From: an uncultured Arcobacter sp.
GTDB lineage: Bacteria > Campylobacterota > Campylobacteria > Campylobacterales > Arcobacteraceae
DNA: 64,000 nucleotides
Direction: 5' to 3'
Assembly: GCA_965140705.1 (NCBI GenBank)
Contig: OZ223300.1
Coordinates: 1,728,001 to 1,792,000, forward strand
Part shown: positions 49,122 through 59,501 of the stretch, one piece after another
Numbering within the stretch: position 1 is the first letter of the stretch
How the letters are laid out: every line of letters starts with the position of its first letter
The notes under the pieces: model-generated
What the model was told of the DNA's origin: nothing
Seen by the model: only the letters and a program-made list of their open reading frames with translations
The model's database searches: none
Program-made: the position numbers and the translations under genes

Positions 49122-50885
49122 ATGATAAAAAAACTATTTATACCAATAATTTTACTTTTTTTAGCCTATTTTATAATTTCAAGTGAAAATATAAAAACAA
49201 TATCCGCTGGTATTGCTATATTTATTATAGGCATGTATTTTATGGAAAATGGCTTCAAACTTTTTTCTGGGGGATTATTAGAAAAAGTTTTGGAAAAATT
49301 TACCTCTACTAGTTTAAAATCAGTAATTACAGGTTTTATTAGTACCTCAATAGTTCAAAGTTCATCATTGATTTCTGTTATTGTAATATCTTTTTTAACC
49401 GTTGAAATTATATCTTTAACTCAAGGTATGGCAATAATCTTTGGAGCAAATCTAGGAAGTACAACAACAGCATGGATTGTATCATCTTTAGGTGTTGATA
49501 TTAAAATATCTATATATGCAATGCCAATGATTATTTTTGGAGTTATTTTTAGATTTTCGAAAGAACAAAAATATATTGGACTTGGAAATATTTTATTAGG
49601 TCTTGGTTTTATCTTTTTAGGTATTTCATATATGAAAGATGGTTTTGAGACTCTAAAAGATTCAATTGACTTGGCTTCATACTCTGTTGGTGGATTTTTA
49701 GGTATTTTTGTTTATATCTTAATAGGAGCAATTGCTACAGTTGTAATACAATCAAGTGGTGCAACTATGGCTATTATTATTACTGCACTTGCAGGGGGAA
49801 ATATAATTTATATTGATGCAATAGCTTTAGCTATTGGAGCAAATATTGGTACTACAGTAACTGCCATTATGGGCTCTTTAACTTCAAATGAAAATGGTAA
49901 AAGACTTGCCTTTGGACATCTAGTTTTTAATATGATTACAGCACTAATTGCAGTTATTTTTATATATGCTTTAAAGGATTTTGTTGATTTTCTTGCACCA
50001 TTAATTGGAATTGATACTAATAACTATAGTATGAAATTAGCTCTATTTCATACCATATTCAATATAGTTGGAATAGTTGTTTTATTTCCTTTTATTCCTC
50101 TTATTGTTTCAATATCAAAAAAAGTAATAAAAGATAAAGTAAAAAAAGCATCAAAACCTATATATTTAGATGAATCAAATGTAAAAATACCATATAATGC
50201 AATGGTTTCGATTCAAAAAGAGGTAATACATTTATATGAAAATGCCCAAAAAGCAATATTACATGCTATGTCCATTCATACCTCTGATTTAAAAGAAGAA
50301 AAAGATATAGATAATATACTAATAAGTACTAAAAAAATAGATACAAATCTAGATGATATTTATCATAATGACTTAAAATCTTTGTATAGTGAAATCATTG
50401 ATTATCTTTTAAAATCACAAAGTCATATGAATTCAAATCAGTTGTTTTATGTAGGACAATTACGACTTGCTTCAAATATTATTGTGAAGATATTAAAAGA
50501 TACAAGAGATATTCAAAAAAACATGAATGCTTACATTTATAGTAAGAATGAGAATATAAAACAAGAGTATTTAGCCCTAAAAAAAGAGTTTGCTTTAAAT
50601 ATTTTAAGAACAAATTTATTAAGAAATAAAGATATAGATGATATAGAGACTTCAACACAGATTCAAATGTATAAAGATAATATCGATACTTTAGAGATTC
50701 AAACTAATAAAAAAATTGATGAGTTAATTAGGAATGATAAAATCACACCTAAAATGGGTATTTCATTAATCAATGATTCCACAAGTATTTTTAATATGAG
50801 TAAAAACTTATTTAGAATTGCAAATATTTTATTTGTAAATGATAGTAAACTAAGATCACTAGGAGAATTAAATGAAACTGTCTAA
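49122..50885 (+). CDS. Na+/phosphate cotransporter (NptA/YjbB family)
   Basis: QSSS and QSSG repeats, GANLGST and GANIGTT, FHTIFN; helical C-terminus. Confidence 0.92.
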   Translation: MIKKLFIPIILLFLAYFIISSENIKTISAGIAIFIIGMYFMENGFKLFSGGLLEKVLEKFTSTSLKSVITGFISTSIVQSSSLISVIVISFLTVEIISLTQGMAIIFGANLGSTTTAWIVSSLGVDIKISIYAMPMIIFGVIFRFSKEQKYIGLGNILLGLGFIFLGISYMKDGFETLKDSIDLASYSVGGFLGIFVYILIGAIATVVIQSSGATMAIIITALAGGNIIYIDAIALAIGANIGTTVTAIMGSLTSNENGKRLAFGHLVFNMITALIAVIFIYALKDFVDFLAPLIGIDTNNYSMKLALFHTIFNIVGIVVLFPFIPLIVSISKKVIKDKVKKASKPIYLDESNVKIPYNAMVSIQKEVIHLYENAQKAILHAMSIHTSDLKEEKDIDNILISTKKIDTNLDDIYHNDLKSLYSEIIDYLLKSQSHMNSNQLFYVGQLRLASNIIVKILKDTRDIQKNMNAYIYSKNENIKQEYLALKKEFALNILRTNLLRNKDIDDIETSTQIQMYKDNIDTLEIQTNKKIDELIRNDKITPKMGISLINDSTSIFNMSKNLFRIANILFVNDSKLRSLGELNETV

Positions 50886-51105
50886 ACTAGTAAAAACATT
50901 CGAAAGTTTCCTTCTTTGGGACAAAGAAGAGATAAAAGAAAATGAAAATGAGATAAATGAAATCATAGAAAAACTCTATGAAAAAAGAGGAAAAATTGAA
51001 GAAAAAATAAGAAGATGTGATGATAAAAAAGAGGAAGAAAAATTAAAAGAAAAATTAAAAGCTGTAAAAAAACTTATTAAAAAAGCAAAAAAAGAGTTTA
51101 TTTAA
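50872..51105 (+). CDS. Small highly charged helical hypothetical protein
   Basis: AGGAG SD; overlaps the end of the cotransporter; K/E-rich. Confidence 0.7.
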   Translation: MKLSKLVKTFESFLLWDKEEIKENENEINEIIEKLYEKRGKIEEKIRRCDDKKEEEKLKEKLKAVKKLIKKAKKEFI

Positions 51106-51562
51106 ACTCTTTAAAATTTTGTCTTAGAGCTTCATAAGCTACTATTGACACAGAATTTGCCATATTTAAACTTCTTGCATCGTTTGTCATAGGAATAGTA
51201 ATGCATCCTTTTTCATGTTTTGCTAATAAATCTTCAGGTAAACCAGCATCTTCTCTTCCAAAGTAAAAATAGTCTCCCACTTCATACTTAGCATCAAAAT
51301 ATACTTGTTTTGTTTTTGTTGTCGCAAAAAAATGTCTTTCATTTAAAGGATTTTTTGACCAAAAGTCTTCTATATTTTCATACTCAGTTACATCTAAATC
51401 AAACCAATAATCAAGCCCTGCCCGTCTAACTTCCTTTTCTGTAATTTCACCAAAACCATAAGGTTTTATCAAATGTAATCTACAATTCATAGCAAAAGCA
51501 AGTCTTCCTATTGTCCCAACATTTCCAGGAATTCTAGGTTCTAATAAAACAATATTAAACAT
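51098..51562 (-). CDS. trmL: tRNA (cytidine/uridine-34-2'-O)-methyltransferase
   Basis: PRIPGNVG, RRAGLDYW, RSLNMANSV. Confidence 0.94.
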   Translation of the reverse strand: MFNIVLLEPRIPGNVGTIGRLAFAMNCRLHLIKPYGFGEITEKEVRRAGLDYWFDLDVTEYENIEDFWSKNPLNERHFFATTKTKQVYFDAKYEVGDYFYFGREDAGLPEDLLAKHEKGCITIPMTNDARSLNMANSVSIVAYEALRQNFKEFK

Positions 51563-52395
51563 TATAAAATTACCGTCTTATTCCCAAAAACAAAAACCTT
51601 ATCTTCTAATAATAATTGAAGGGCATTTGATAATACAACTTTTTCTACATTACGCCCTGCTCTTCTCATATCTTGCCATGAAAATGTATGATCAATTCTT
51701 ACTACATCTTGGGCAATAATTGGACCTTCATCTAAATCATTTGTTACATAGTGTGCTGTTGCCCCTATAATCTTAACACCTCTTTGATGTGCTTGTTTAT
51801 AAGGATTTGCACCAATAAATGCAGGTAAAAAAGAATGATGTATATTTAAAACTTGTTGTGGAAATTCTTGAACAAATTTTGGAGTTAATATTCTCATATA
51901 TTTAGCTAATACAATAAGTTCTGGTTCATACTCTTTGATTTTGTTTATAATCAAATCTTCATGGGCCTCTCTTTCCATCCCTTCAGCACTAATACAATGA
52001 AAAGGTATACCAAATTTTTGTACTAAATCTTCCAAGTAATCATGATTTGCAATTACCGCTTTAATATTTGCTTGTAATTCACCATCAAGATATCTTATAA
52101 GTAAATCACCTAAAACATGTGATTCTTTTGTTGCTAATATTACAATATCTTTTTTTGATTTTTCTCTTAACTTAATTTCTGAGTCTTTTGGTAAAACTTC
52201 AGTTAATTCTTTGAGAAGTATTTTTGCATTTACATCACCATTTATAACTGTTCTCATAAAAAATTTATTTGTTTCCACATCAACAAATTCAGCATTTTGC
52301 TCGATATTAAGATTATTAGCAAAAAGAACTTTAGAGACGTTATATACAAGCCCTTTTGAGTCAGAAGTATTAATTAATAGTATGTATTCTTTCAT
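51562..52395 (-). CDS. purU: Formyltetrahydrofolate deformylase
   Basis: ACT domain, LAKYMRIL, NIHHSFLPAFIGANPY, GATAHYV. Confidence 0.96.
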   Translation of the reverse strand: MKEYILLINTSDSKGLVYNVSKVLFANNLNIEQNAEFVDVETNKFFMRTVINGDVNAKILLKELTEVLPKDSEIKLREKSKKDIVILATKESHVLGDLLIRYLDGELQANIKAVIANHDYLEDLVQKFGIPFHCISAEGMEREAHEDLIINKIKEYEPELIVLAKYMRILTPKFVQEFPQQVLNIHHSFLPAFIGANPYKQAHQRGVKIIGATAHYVTNDLDEGPIIAQDVVRIDHTFSWQDMRRAGRNVEKVVLSNALQLLLEDKVFVFGNKTVIL

Positions 52396-52412
52396 TTTAT
52401 ATCCATATAATA

Positions 52413-52443
52413 GTATTATTCCAATTTAAAAGTGGAATAATAC
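52413..52443. terminator. Hairpin between the malic enzyme gene and purU
   Basis: 11-bp stem GTATTATTCCA / TGGAATAATAC, 9-nt loop. Confidence 0.65.
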
Positions 52444-52454
52444 CATTATTTTGA

Positions 52455-53714
52455 TTAAATCATTTGTGATAATTCTTCTTTATAAGCAGTTAAATCAAAA
52501 TCTTTTATTCTTGCAACTCCAGATTCTACAGCTGCATTTGCAACTGCACTAGAAATTTCAACAATAAGTCTTTTATCAAATGGTTTAGGAATAATATAAT
52601 CTTTTGAAAATGCTAAATGATCTCCAAATATTGCTTTTACTTCAGCAGGTACTGTTTTTTTAGCTAAATCAGCAATGGCATATGCTGCTGCTTTTTTCAT
52701 TTGCATATTTATTTTTTTAGCTTGAACATCAAGTGCTCCTCTAAAAATAAATGGGAAACCAAGTACATTGTTTATTTGGTTGTTAAAATCACTTCTTCCA
52801 GTTCCTACTATTGCTTTATCTCTAATTTTTAATATGTCCTCAGGGAAAAGCTCAGGAGTAGGATTTGCTAGGGCAAATACTATTGGCTCATCAGCCATAA
52901 GCGCAATATGTTCTTCTGTAAATGTTCCAGGTTTAGATAATCCTAAAACCACATCTGCATCTCTAAAAGCTTCTAATTTAGTCATTGACTCTTTTACTGA
53001 AAACTCTTTTTTATATTTATTTAAATCACTTCTACCATCATGAATAACTCCTTTAGAATCACACATAATAATATTTTGCACACCAACCGCTTTATACATT
53101 CTTGCACAAGAGATAGCAGCTGCACCAGCTCCCATAACTATAACTTTTAAATCTTCAAGCTTTTTACCAATAATTTCACAAGCATTTATTAATCCAGCTG
53201 TAGTAATAATTGCTGTTCCATGTTGGTCATCATGCATTACAGGAATATCAACTTCATCAATAAGTCTTCTTTCTATTTCAAAACACTCAGGTGATTTTAT
53301 ATCTTCAAGATTTATTCCTCCAAAAGTTGGCGATATAGCTTTACAAATAGATACAAACTTTTCAATATCAGTTTCATCAACTTCAATATCAAATGAATCA
53401 ACAGCTGCAAATTTTTTAAATAATACAGACTTTCCTTCCATAACAGGTTTTGATGCAACCGCCCCAATGTCACCAAGCCCAAGTACAGCTGTACCATTTG
53501 ATATTACAGCTACAAGATTTTTTTTAGCTGTATATTTAAATGCATTATCTGGATCTTTTTCAATTTCTAAACAAGGGAAAGCAACTCCAGGCGTATATGC
53601 TAAAGCCAAATCTCTTTGTGTCCCAAGTTTTGTTGTAGTTCCAATTTCCAATTTTCCCGGTTTTGGAAATTGGTGGTAATCTAAAGCTTCCTCTTTAGTT
53701 ACAGGTTTACTCAT
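52455..53714 (-). CDS. NAD(P)-dependent malic enzyme (MaeB-like, without the PTA domain)
   Basis: AYTPGVA, PVMEGK, GGINLEDI, HDDQHGTA, GAGAAA, NQINNVLGFP. Confidence 0.95.
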   Translation of the reverse strand: MSKPVTKEEALDYHQFPKPGKLEIGTTTKLGTQRDLALAYTPGVAFPCLEIEKDPDNAFKYTAKKNLVAVISNGTAVLGLGDIGAVASKPVMEGKSVLFKKFAAVDSFDIEVDETDIEKFVSICKAISPTFGGINLEDIKSPECFEIERRLIDEVDIPVMHDDQHGTAIITTAGLINACEIIGKKLEDLKVIVMGAGAAAISCARMYKAVGVQNIIMCDSKGVIHDGRSDLNKYKKEFSVKESMTKLEAFRDADVVLGLSKPGTFTEEHIALMADEPIVFALANPTPELFPEDILKIRDKAIVGTGRSDFNNQINNVLGFPFIFRGALDVQAKKINMQMKKAAAYAIADLAKKTVPAEVKAIFGDHLAFSKDYIIPKPFDKRLIVEISSAVANAAVESGVARIKDFDLTAYKEELSQMI

Positions 53715-53815
53715 AAATAACTCCTTTGTTTATTTCGGTAAAATTGTAACCAATCGAAACTTAAAAATTATATTTATTTGGAAAATTTGAAATTTTAATC
53801 TATAATTAAGCTATT

Positions 53816-53855
53816 TTTACATTTTTTTTACATAACTTTTACATTATTACTACAT
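53816..53855. promoter_or_regulatory. Four (TT)TACAT direct repeats with an 11-bp period upstream of the malic enzyme gene
   Basis: TACAT at 53818, 53829, 53840 and 53851; the first three are TTTACAT. Confidence 0.6.
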
Positions 53856-53863
53856 ATTAAGTT

Positions 53864-54535
53864 TTATTTAATAATTCCTACTATAGAAAATCTTCCACAA
53901 CTTTCATCTTTTCTATAAGAAAAGAATGGTTTATTTGAACATTTTGTACATATAGAAGATGTTTCTATATTAAAAATTCCAATATCATTTAATTGTTTGA
54001 TATTGATTCCTTGTAAATCCAAATATCTATTTGTTGAAAACTTTTTTCCAAAAGATTTTATGGCAATTGTTTCTAATTCATTAGATACCTCATAACAACA
54101 TTTTTGTATAGAAGGTCCTAAATAAGCAGAAATATCTTCTGCTTCACAGCCTAACTCATTTATCATTTTTAATGCTGTTTTTTGAACAATATTTAAAAAA
54201 GTTGAATTTCTTCCAGCATGAACTACTGCTATTACATTTTTATTTTCATCACTTAAAAATATAGGAATACAATCAGCAACCATAACCATAATTGGGAGAT
54301 CTTTTTCTTTTGTAATTAGTGCATCACAATTATCTATTAATAAAGGAGATTGAAAATCTACAATTTCAATATTTACTCCATGTACTTGGTTCATATATCT
54401 AAGATTGGATATATCAAAATCATATTTTTTTGATAATTTTAACCTGTTTTTATCAACACTACTTTTTAAATCATTTACATGATAGGCCATATTTCCATCT
54501 TTTGTTGTGGTAATTATTTTCAAAATAGTGCTCAT
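53864..54535 (-). CDS. pgeF: PgeF/YfiH laccase-domain protein
   Basis: NQVHG, ADCIP, HAG, GPSIQKCCYEV, FFSYR. Confidence 0.92.
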   Translation of the reverse strand: MSTILKIITTTKDGNMAYHVNDLKSSVDKNRLKLSKKYDFDISNLRYMNQVHGVNIEIVDFQSPLLIDNCDALITKEKDLPIMVMVADCIPIFLSDENKNVIAVVHAGRNSTFLNIVQKTALKMINELGCEAEDISAYLGPSIQKCCYEVSNELETIAIKSFGKKFSTNRYLDLQGINIKQLNDIGIFNIETSSICTKCSNKPFFSYRKDESCGRFSIVGIIK

Positions 54536-54634
54536 ATTATTCCTAAATTCTTTTTATATTAATTTATCATAATATTTTTAATATCCTCTTATTTTTCTTT
54601 GGGTAGAATGTCCCTCTTTATTTTAAGGAAATCA

Positions 54635-55444
54635 ATGTCACAAGAAAAAGAAAAATTTTTAATATTTGGTAACCCTGTTGAACACTCAAAATCTCCTCAA
54701 ATGCATAACAGTGCATTTGAACATCTAAACATTAACTCTTATTATGATAAATATTTATTAACAGATGGGAAAAAGATAAAAGATACGTTCAATCATGAAA
54801 ATGCAAAAGGAGCTAATATAACAGTTCCTTTTAAAGAAGATGCATTTAGACAAGCAGATGAAGTTGTTGGAATAGCAAATGAAATTGAAGCTGTAAATAC
54901 TTATATAAAAAAAGATAATAAAGTATTTGCTTACAATACGGATGCTCCTGGATTTATGAAAGCAATAAAAGATTTTGGTGAAATTAAATCTGTCCTAATT
55001 TTAGGTGCAGGTGGTACGGCAAAAGCCATTGCAATGGCACTAAAAGAAAAAAATATAGAAGTTAGAATTTTAAATAGAAGTGCAGAAAAACTTGCCTTTT
55101 TTAAAGAACAAGGCTTTAAAACATATACTTGGGGAAATTTTCAAATGAATCATTATGATTTAATTGTAAATTCAACAAGTGCTGGATTAAAAGATGAAGA
55201 TTATCCAATCAAAAAAACTACATTAGAAAGTATATTTTTAAATGCAAAGTTTGCTTTTGACTGTATTTATGGAAAAGAGACTCCATTTTTAAAACTTGCA
55301 CGTTTAGAAGGTCTAGAAACAAAAGATGGTGAAGATATGCTTCTTTATCAAGGTGTTCTTGCTTTTGAACTATTTACAGATACAAAAGCCGATGAGACTC
55401 TAATAGAAGTAATGAGAAAAGCTTTAAAAGAAGAAGAAATTTAA
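54635..55444 (+). CDS. aroE: Shikimate dehydrogenase
   Basis: HSKSP, NITVPFK, AVNT, NTD, GAGGTA; start taken at ATG 54635 (AAGGA SD). Confidence 0.95.
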   Translation: MSQEKEKFLIFGNPVEHSKSPQMHNSAFEHLNINSYYDKYLLTDGKKIKDTFNHENAKGANITVPFKEDAFRQADEVVGIANEIEAVNTYIKKDNKVFAYNTDAPGFMKAIKDFGEIKSVLILGAGGTAKAIAMALKEKNIEVRILNRSAEKLAFFKEQGFKTYTWGNFQMNHYDLIVNSTSAGLKDEDYPIKKTTLESIFLNAKFAFDCIYGKETPFLKLARLEGLETKDGEDMLLYQGVLAFELFTDTKADETLIEVMRKALKEEEI

Positions 55445-55448
55445 ATCC

Positions 55449-55477
55449 AACAGACTTTATATATACTAAAGTCTGTT
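55449..55477 (+). terminator. Hairpin after aroE
   Basis: 11-bp stem AACAGACTTTA / TAAAGTCTGTT, 7-nt loop. Confidence 0.65.
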
Positions 55478-55556
55478 CACCTTTTATTAACTCAATTTCG
55501 ATAACATATCTCAACTAATTTAATAAATAATTTTTTAAATAATGCGAAGGAACTAA

Positions 55557-56195
55557 ATGAAACATATAAAAAAAATATCAGACTATGCCATTGTTGGGGG
55601 ATTAGGTGCAATACTTATCACTGGACTAGTTGGATGTGGAGATAATTCAAATAATAATAAAGATGGACAAAATAGTGCCTTTACAAATGCTAGTCAAAAA
55701 CAAGCAGCATTTGTAGTTATTGAAGAGAGTAAGGATGGTAAATATAAAATAGTAGATGAATTCCCCTCTTCTAAAACAACTATTGTATTAAGAAAACCAG
55801 ATGGAAGTGAAAGAATTCTTAGTAAAGAAGAGATAGATAAACTTGTAAAAGAAGAAAATGCAAAAATAGAAGCAGGAACTTCACCTTTAACAAACCCTGA
55901 GATGTCAAGTGGTGGGATGGGACTTGGTGGAGTTTTATTATCATCTATTGCAGGTGCAATGATAGGTTCATGGATTGGTAATAAATTATTCAATAACCAA
56001 AACTTCCAATCACAAAGAAGAACACAATACAAATCTCCTCAAACTTATTCTAAAAGTCAAAGTTCATTTACAAAAGCTGCTAATACAAATAAAACTTCTA
56101 CTTCAAGTAAAAAAAGCGGTTTTTTTGGAGGAGGAAACTCTTCTAAATCTAGTTCATCTTTTGGTTCTAGATCTTCTGGCTTTTTTGGTGGTTGA
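55557..56195 (+). CDS. UPF0323-family lipoprotein
   Basis: MKHIKKISDY, lipobox LVGC, GSWIGNKLFNN, Ser/Gly-rich tail. Confidence 0.9.
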   Translation: MKHIKKISDYAIVGGLGAILITGLVGCGDNSNNNKDGQNSAFTNASQKQAAFVVIEESKDGKYKIVDEFPSSKTTIVLRKPDGSERILSKEEIDKLVKEENAKIEAGTSPLTNPEMSSGGMGLGGVLLSSIAGAMIGSWIGNKLFNNQNFQSQRRTQYKSPQTYSKSQSSFTKAANTNKTSTSSKKSGFFGGGNSSKSSSSFGSRSSGFFGG

Positions 56196-56198
56196 TAA

Positions 56199-57377
56199 AT
56201 GAAATTACAAAAGCTAAAACCTCTTACAAACGAATACTTAGAATCTATAGGATTTGTTTGGCATACAGATGAAGATGAAACTTCATACATATCAGATGAG
56301 ATAGTTCAAATAAGTGAAGAAGAAGCTAATGCTTACTACGAAGCTACAAATGAACTATATGACATGTTTTGTGAAGCTGGGGATTATGTTATAGAAAATA
56401 ATCTCTTCCATGAAATAAATATACCATTTAATCTTGTAAATCTTATAAAAGAATCTTGGGAAAATGATGTTCATTGGCATTTATATTCAAGATTTGATTT
56501 AGCTGGTGGAATAGATGGGAAGCCTATAAAACTAATTGAATTTAATGCAGATACTCCAACTGCTGTTTTTGAAACAGCTATTATTCAATGGGCTATGCTA
56601 AAAGCTAACAACTTAGATGAAGCAAGTCAATTTAATAATTTGTATGATGCTTTAAAAGATAATTTTAAAAGAATTATTACAATGGAAGATGATATAGAAA
56701 AGTTTGAAGAGTATTATAAAGACTTAGGTTGGAAAATACTTTTTTCTTCTATTTCTTCTAGCAGTGAAGATATTAATACAACTAAACTCTTACAGCACAT
56801 TGCAACAGAAGCTGGATTTAATACTGATTTTGAATATATTGATAAGGTTCAATTCAATGATGAAGGTATTTATAAAGATGATATTAACTTTGAGTTTTGG
56901 TTTAAACTTATACCTTGGGAAAATATTGCCATAGATGAAAGTGAATTAGCTTTGATTTTAGAAGATATTATTACCAATAAAAAAGCAATTATTTTCAATC
57001 CTGCTTATACTTTAATGTTTCAATCAAAAGGTTTTATGAAAATACTTTGGGATTTATACCCAAATCATCCACTTTTACTTGAAACTTCATTTGAACCACT
57101 TATTGGTAAAAAACAAGTTGAAAAAAGATGTTTTGGAAGAGAAGGTGCAAATGTTGCTATTATCAATAGTGACAATTCACTAGATATGAAAACAGATGGG
57201 GACTATGAAGGTTTTAAAGCCATCTATCAAGAGTATGTAGAACTTCCAACAGATGAAAATGGTAATTTTTACCAAGCTGGAGTATTTTATGCTTATGAAG
57301 CTTGTGCTTTAGGATTTAGAAAAGGTGGTAAGATTTTAAATAATATGTCAAAATTTGTAGGACATATTATTAAATAG
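56199..57377 (+). CDS. Glutathionylspermidine synthase-like ATP-grasp protein
   Basis: RFDLAGG, IEFNADTPT, FKLIPWE, FGREGAN. Confidence 0.93.
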   Translation: MKLQKLKPLTNEYLESIGFVWHTDEDETSYISDEIVQISEEEANAYYEATNELYDMFCEAGDYVIENNLFHEINIPFNLVNLIKESWENDVHWHLYSRFDLAGGIDGKPIKLIEFNADTPTAVFETAIIQWAMLKANNLDEASQFNNLYDALKDNFKRIITMEDDIEKFEEYYKDLGWKILFSSISSSSEDINTTKLLQHIATEAGFNTDFEYIDKVQFNDEGIYKDDINFEFWFKLIPWENIAIDESELALILEDIITNKKAIIFNPAYTLMFQSKGFMKILWDLYPNHPLLLETSFEPLIGKKQVEKRCFGREGANVAIINSDNSLDMKTDGDYEGFKAIYQEYVELPTDENGNFYQAGVFYAYEACALGFRKGGKILNNMSKFVGHIIK

Positions 57378-57382
57378 TTTCA

Positions 57383-57410
57383 AAGCTGTAAAGAGACTTC
57401 TTTACAGCTT
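57383..57410. terminator. Hairpin between convergent genes
   Basis: 12-bp stem AAGCTGTAAAGA / TCTTTACAGCTT, 4-nt loop; overlaps the kinase stop codon. Confidence 0.7.
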
Positions 57411-59438
57411 ATCTAGTTCAATTATAAAATTTGCTCCATGATATAGCTTTTCATTTACAGTAAACTCACTATTTTCCACATGAATTTTACCTCTCATACT
57501 AGTTGTAATAATCTGATATGTCATATATAAACCTAAACCAGTACCTTGAGTTTTATCCTTAGTTGTAAAATATGGTTCAAATATTTTATTTATAAGGCTT
57601 TCCTCTATTCCACCAGCACTATCTTTGATACTAATATAAGCTTTATCCTTAGATGAGTAAGTTTTGATATATATAATTCTATTATTTTCATCTTTTTGTT
57701 TCTCTTTTAAGGCATCTTTTGCATTATTTAATATATTAACTAAAGCTTGAATAAGTTCATTTAGATAATTATCTACAAAAATATCTTCTTCAAAATCTTT
57801 TATAATAATCAATTTATGATTATGAACAGAAGCATCTAAGATATTTAAAGCCTGTTTTACTGATTCATTTATATCAAAGTTGACTAATATTTTTTCACCT
57901 TTTACATAATTTCTAAAATCATCAATTACTTGTGACAAATATTGAGTATTTTTAAGAATCTTATCTGTTAAATTAAACAAATCTTCATCATCTAAAAGAT
58001 TCAATTCTTTTTTCAAATGCATACCACTTGCCGCAACAGAGATTGAACTTAAAGGTTGTCTCCATTGATGTGCTATATTTCCAATCATCTCTCCTAAGGC
58101 TACCATTTTTGATTGTTCTTCAAGCACTCTATTTTTTTCTTCTATCTCTTTTGTTCTTTCTTTAACTTTTAACTCTAACTTTTCATTTAACTCTTTTAGC
58201 TCTTTTGTCTTTTCTTGAACTTTATTTTCAAGACTTGAGTTTGCTTTTTCTAGTTCGTATTGTTTATTTTTTAAACTCTCTTCGTAATCTAAAAATTTTC
58301 CATTGATTTTTTTTGAGATTAAAAATGAAATAATACTAACAATGATTAAAATTATAATTGAGATAATTAATATATTAAATATTACCTCTTTTATCTCATC
58401 ACTTTCTTTTTCTTTAAATTTTTCAACATTACTATGAATATCCTCTTCGTAAACTCCTGTACCAATAACCCAATCCCAGTCTTTGATATGTCTTACAAAT
58501 CCAATCTTTTTTAAGATTTTTGTACCATTTGGTTTAGTCCAATGATACTCTACAAAAGAGCCACTTTCATTTTTTAAAGCTGCTTTTACGAATATATCAC
58601 TTAAAGGAATACCTCTCTTCTTATCTAATTCTGTATTTATTTTTCCTATTTCAGATTCTTTATATGGATGTTCCAAAAGTACATGATTTGTTGATATCGT
58701 CCAAATATAACCATAATTTGGATATCTGAAAAGTTTTAATCTATCTAAGGCTTCTTTCTTAATATTTTTTTCAAAATCATCCATATACTCACCATATCCA
58801 ATAAACCAATTATACGGTGGAAAGCCTTTTACAAATGAAGTTTTTTCTACTTGTTGTTTGACATTGGTTAATTTATGCCATTTATAACGAACAAAACCCT
58901 CTTTTTTTTCTTTTACAACTTTTACAAACTCTTGTCCATAATAATTGTTATCAATATCTTTCATTAAATAAACATTAGTACCCTCTTTTTCAGGAGTAGC
59001 TGGTAGCATTTTAGCGATTGTTTCTGTATCACTTTTTATTTCTGCAACAAAAAAATAGCCATTATTGCCAAATCTTACTTTTCTAAGTGTTTCTAAAATC
59101 TTTTTTTGTAACTTTTCTTTAGAAAGTTTATCTCTATCTTTTTCATATATTTTATTAGCTAAAGAATAAGCCATATAGACTCTATCTTTAAGTTTTTGTT
59201 TAAATCTCTTAGGGGCTTCAGTTTTTTTATATTCTATATAGTTATATATGCTATCAATCTGAGTTTTTATATGTTGTTTTTGTAGTTCAAGCTCTTGGTG
59301 ACTATGATTTTTTATGTTTTTATTGTAGTTTTCATATAACAAGGAAATAGTAATTGAAGACATAGCTATTATTGTAGCTATAATAAAAAGTATTGGAACA
59401 ATAATAATTAATTTTGTTACAGTATTTTTTTTAGCCAT
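57402..59438 (-). CDS. Sensor histidine kinase with tandem Cache_2 domains
   Basis: GFVRYKW...WFIGYGEY and SFVEYHW...WVIGTGVY; IAHQWRQPL; GTGLGL. No adjacent response regulator. Confidence 0.93.
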   Translation of the reverse strand: MAKKNTVTKLIIIVPILFIIATIIAMSSITISLLYENYNKNIKNHSHQELELQKQHIKTQIDSIYNYIEYKKTEAPKRFKQKLKDRVYMAYSLANKIYEKDRDKLSKEKLQKKILETLRKVRFGNNGYFFVAEIKSDTETIAKMLPATPEKEGTNVYLMKDIDNNYYGQEFVKVVKEKKEGFVRYKWHKLTNVKQQVEKTSFVKGFPPYNWFIGYGEYMDDFEKNIKKEALDRLKLFRYPNYGYIWTISTNHVLLEHPYKESEIGKINTELDKKRGIPLSDIFVKAALKNESGSFVEYHWTKPNGTKILKKIGFVRHIKDWDWVIGTGVYEEDIHSNVEKFKEKESDEIKEVIFNILIISIIILIIVSIISFLISKKINGKFLDYEESLKNKQYELEKANSSLENKVQEKTKELKELNEKLELKVKERTKEIEEKNRVLEEQSKMVALGEMIGNIAHQWRQPLSSISVAASGMHLKKELNLLDDEDLFNLTDKILKNTQYLSQVIDDFRNYVKGEKILVNFDINESVKQALNILDASVHNHKLIIIKDFEEDIFVDNYLNELIQALVNILNNAKDALKEKQKDENNRIIYIKTYSSKDKAYISIKDSAGGIEESLINKIFEPYFTTKDKTQGTGLGLYMTYQIITTSMRGKIHVENSEFTVNEKLYHGANFIIELDKL

Positions 59439-59501
59439 CTTAACCCCAATGTTATATCTTACATTATTATTAAAACTTTTATTTAATTTTTGTTATTAAC
59501 A

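Noticed and set aside
53816..53855. CRISPR or VNTR reading of the 11-bp periodic repeats
   Set aside because: The units are far too short, there are no spacer-length sequences and no cas genes.
55480..55510. Possible sigma28 promoter (TCGATAA) before the UPF0323 lipoprotein
   Set aside because: Equally explained as a sigma70 -10 (gaTAACAT); no convincing -35.
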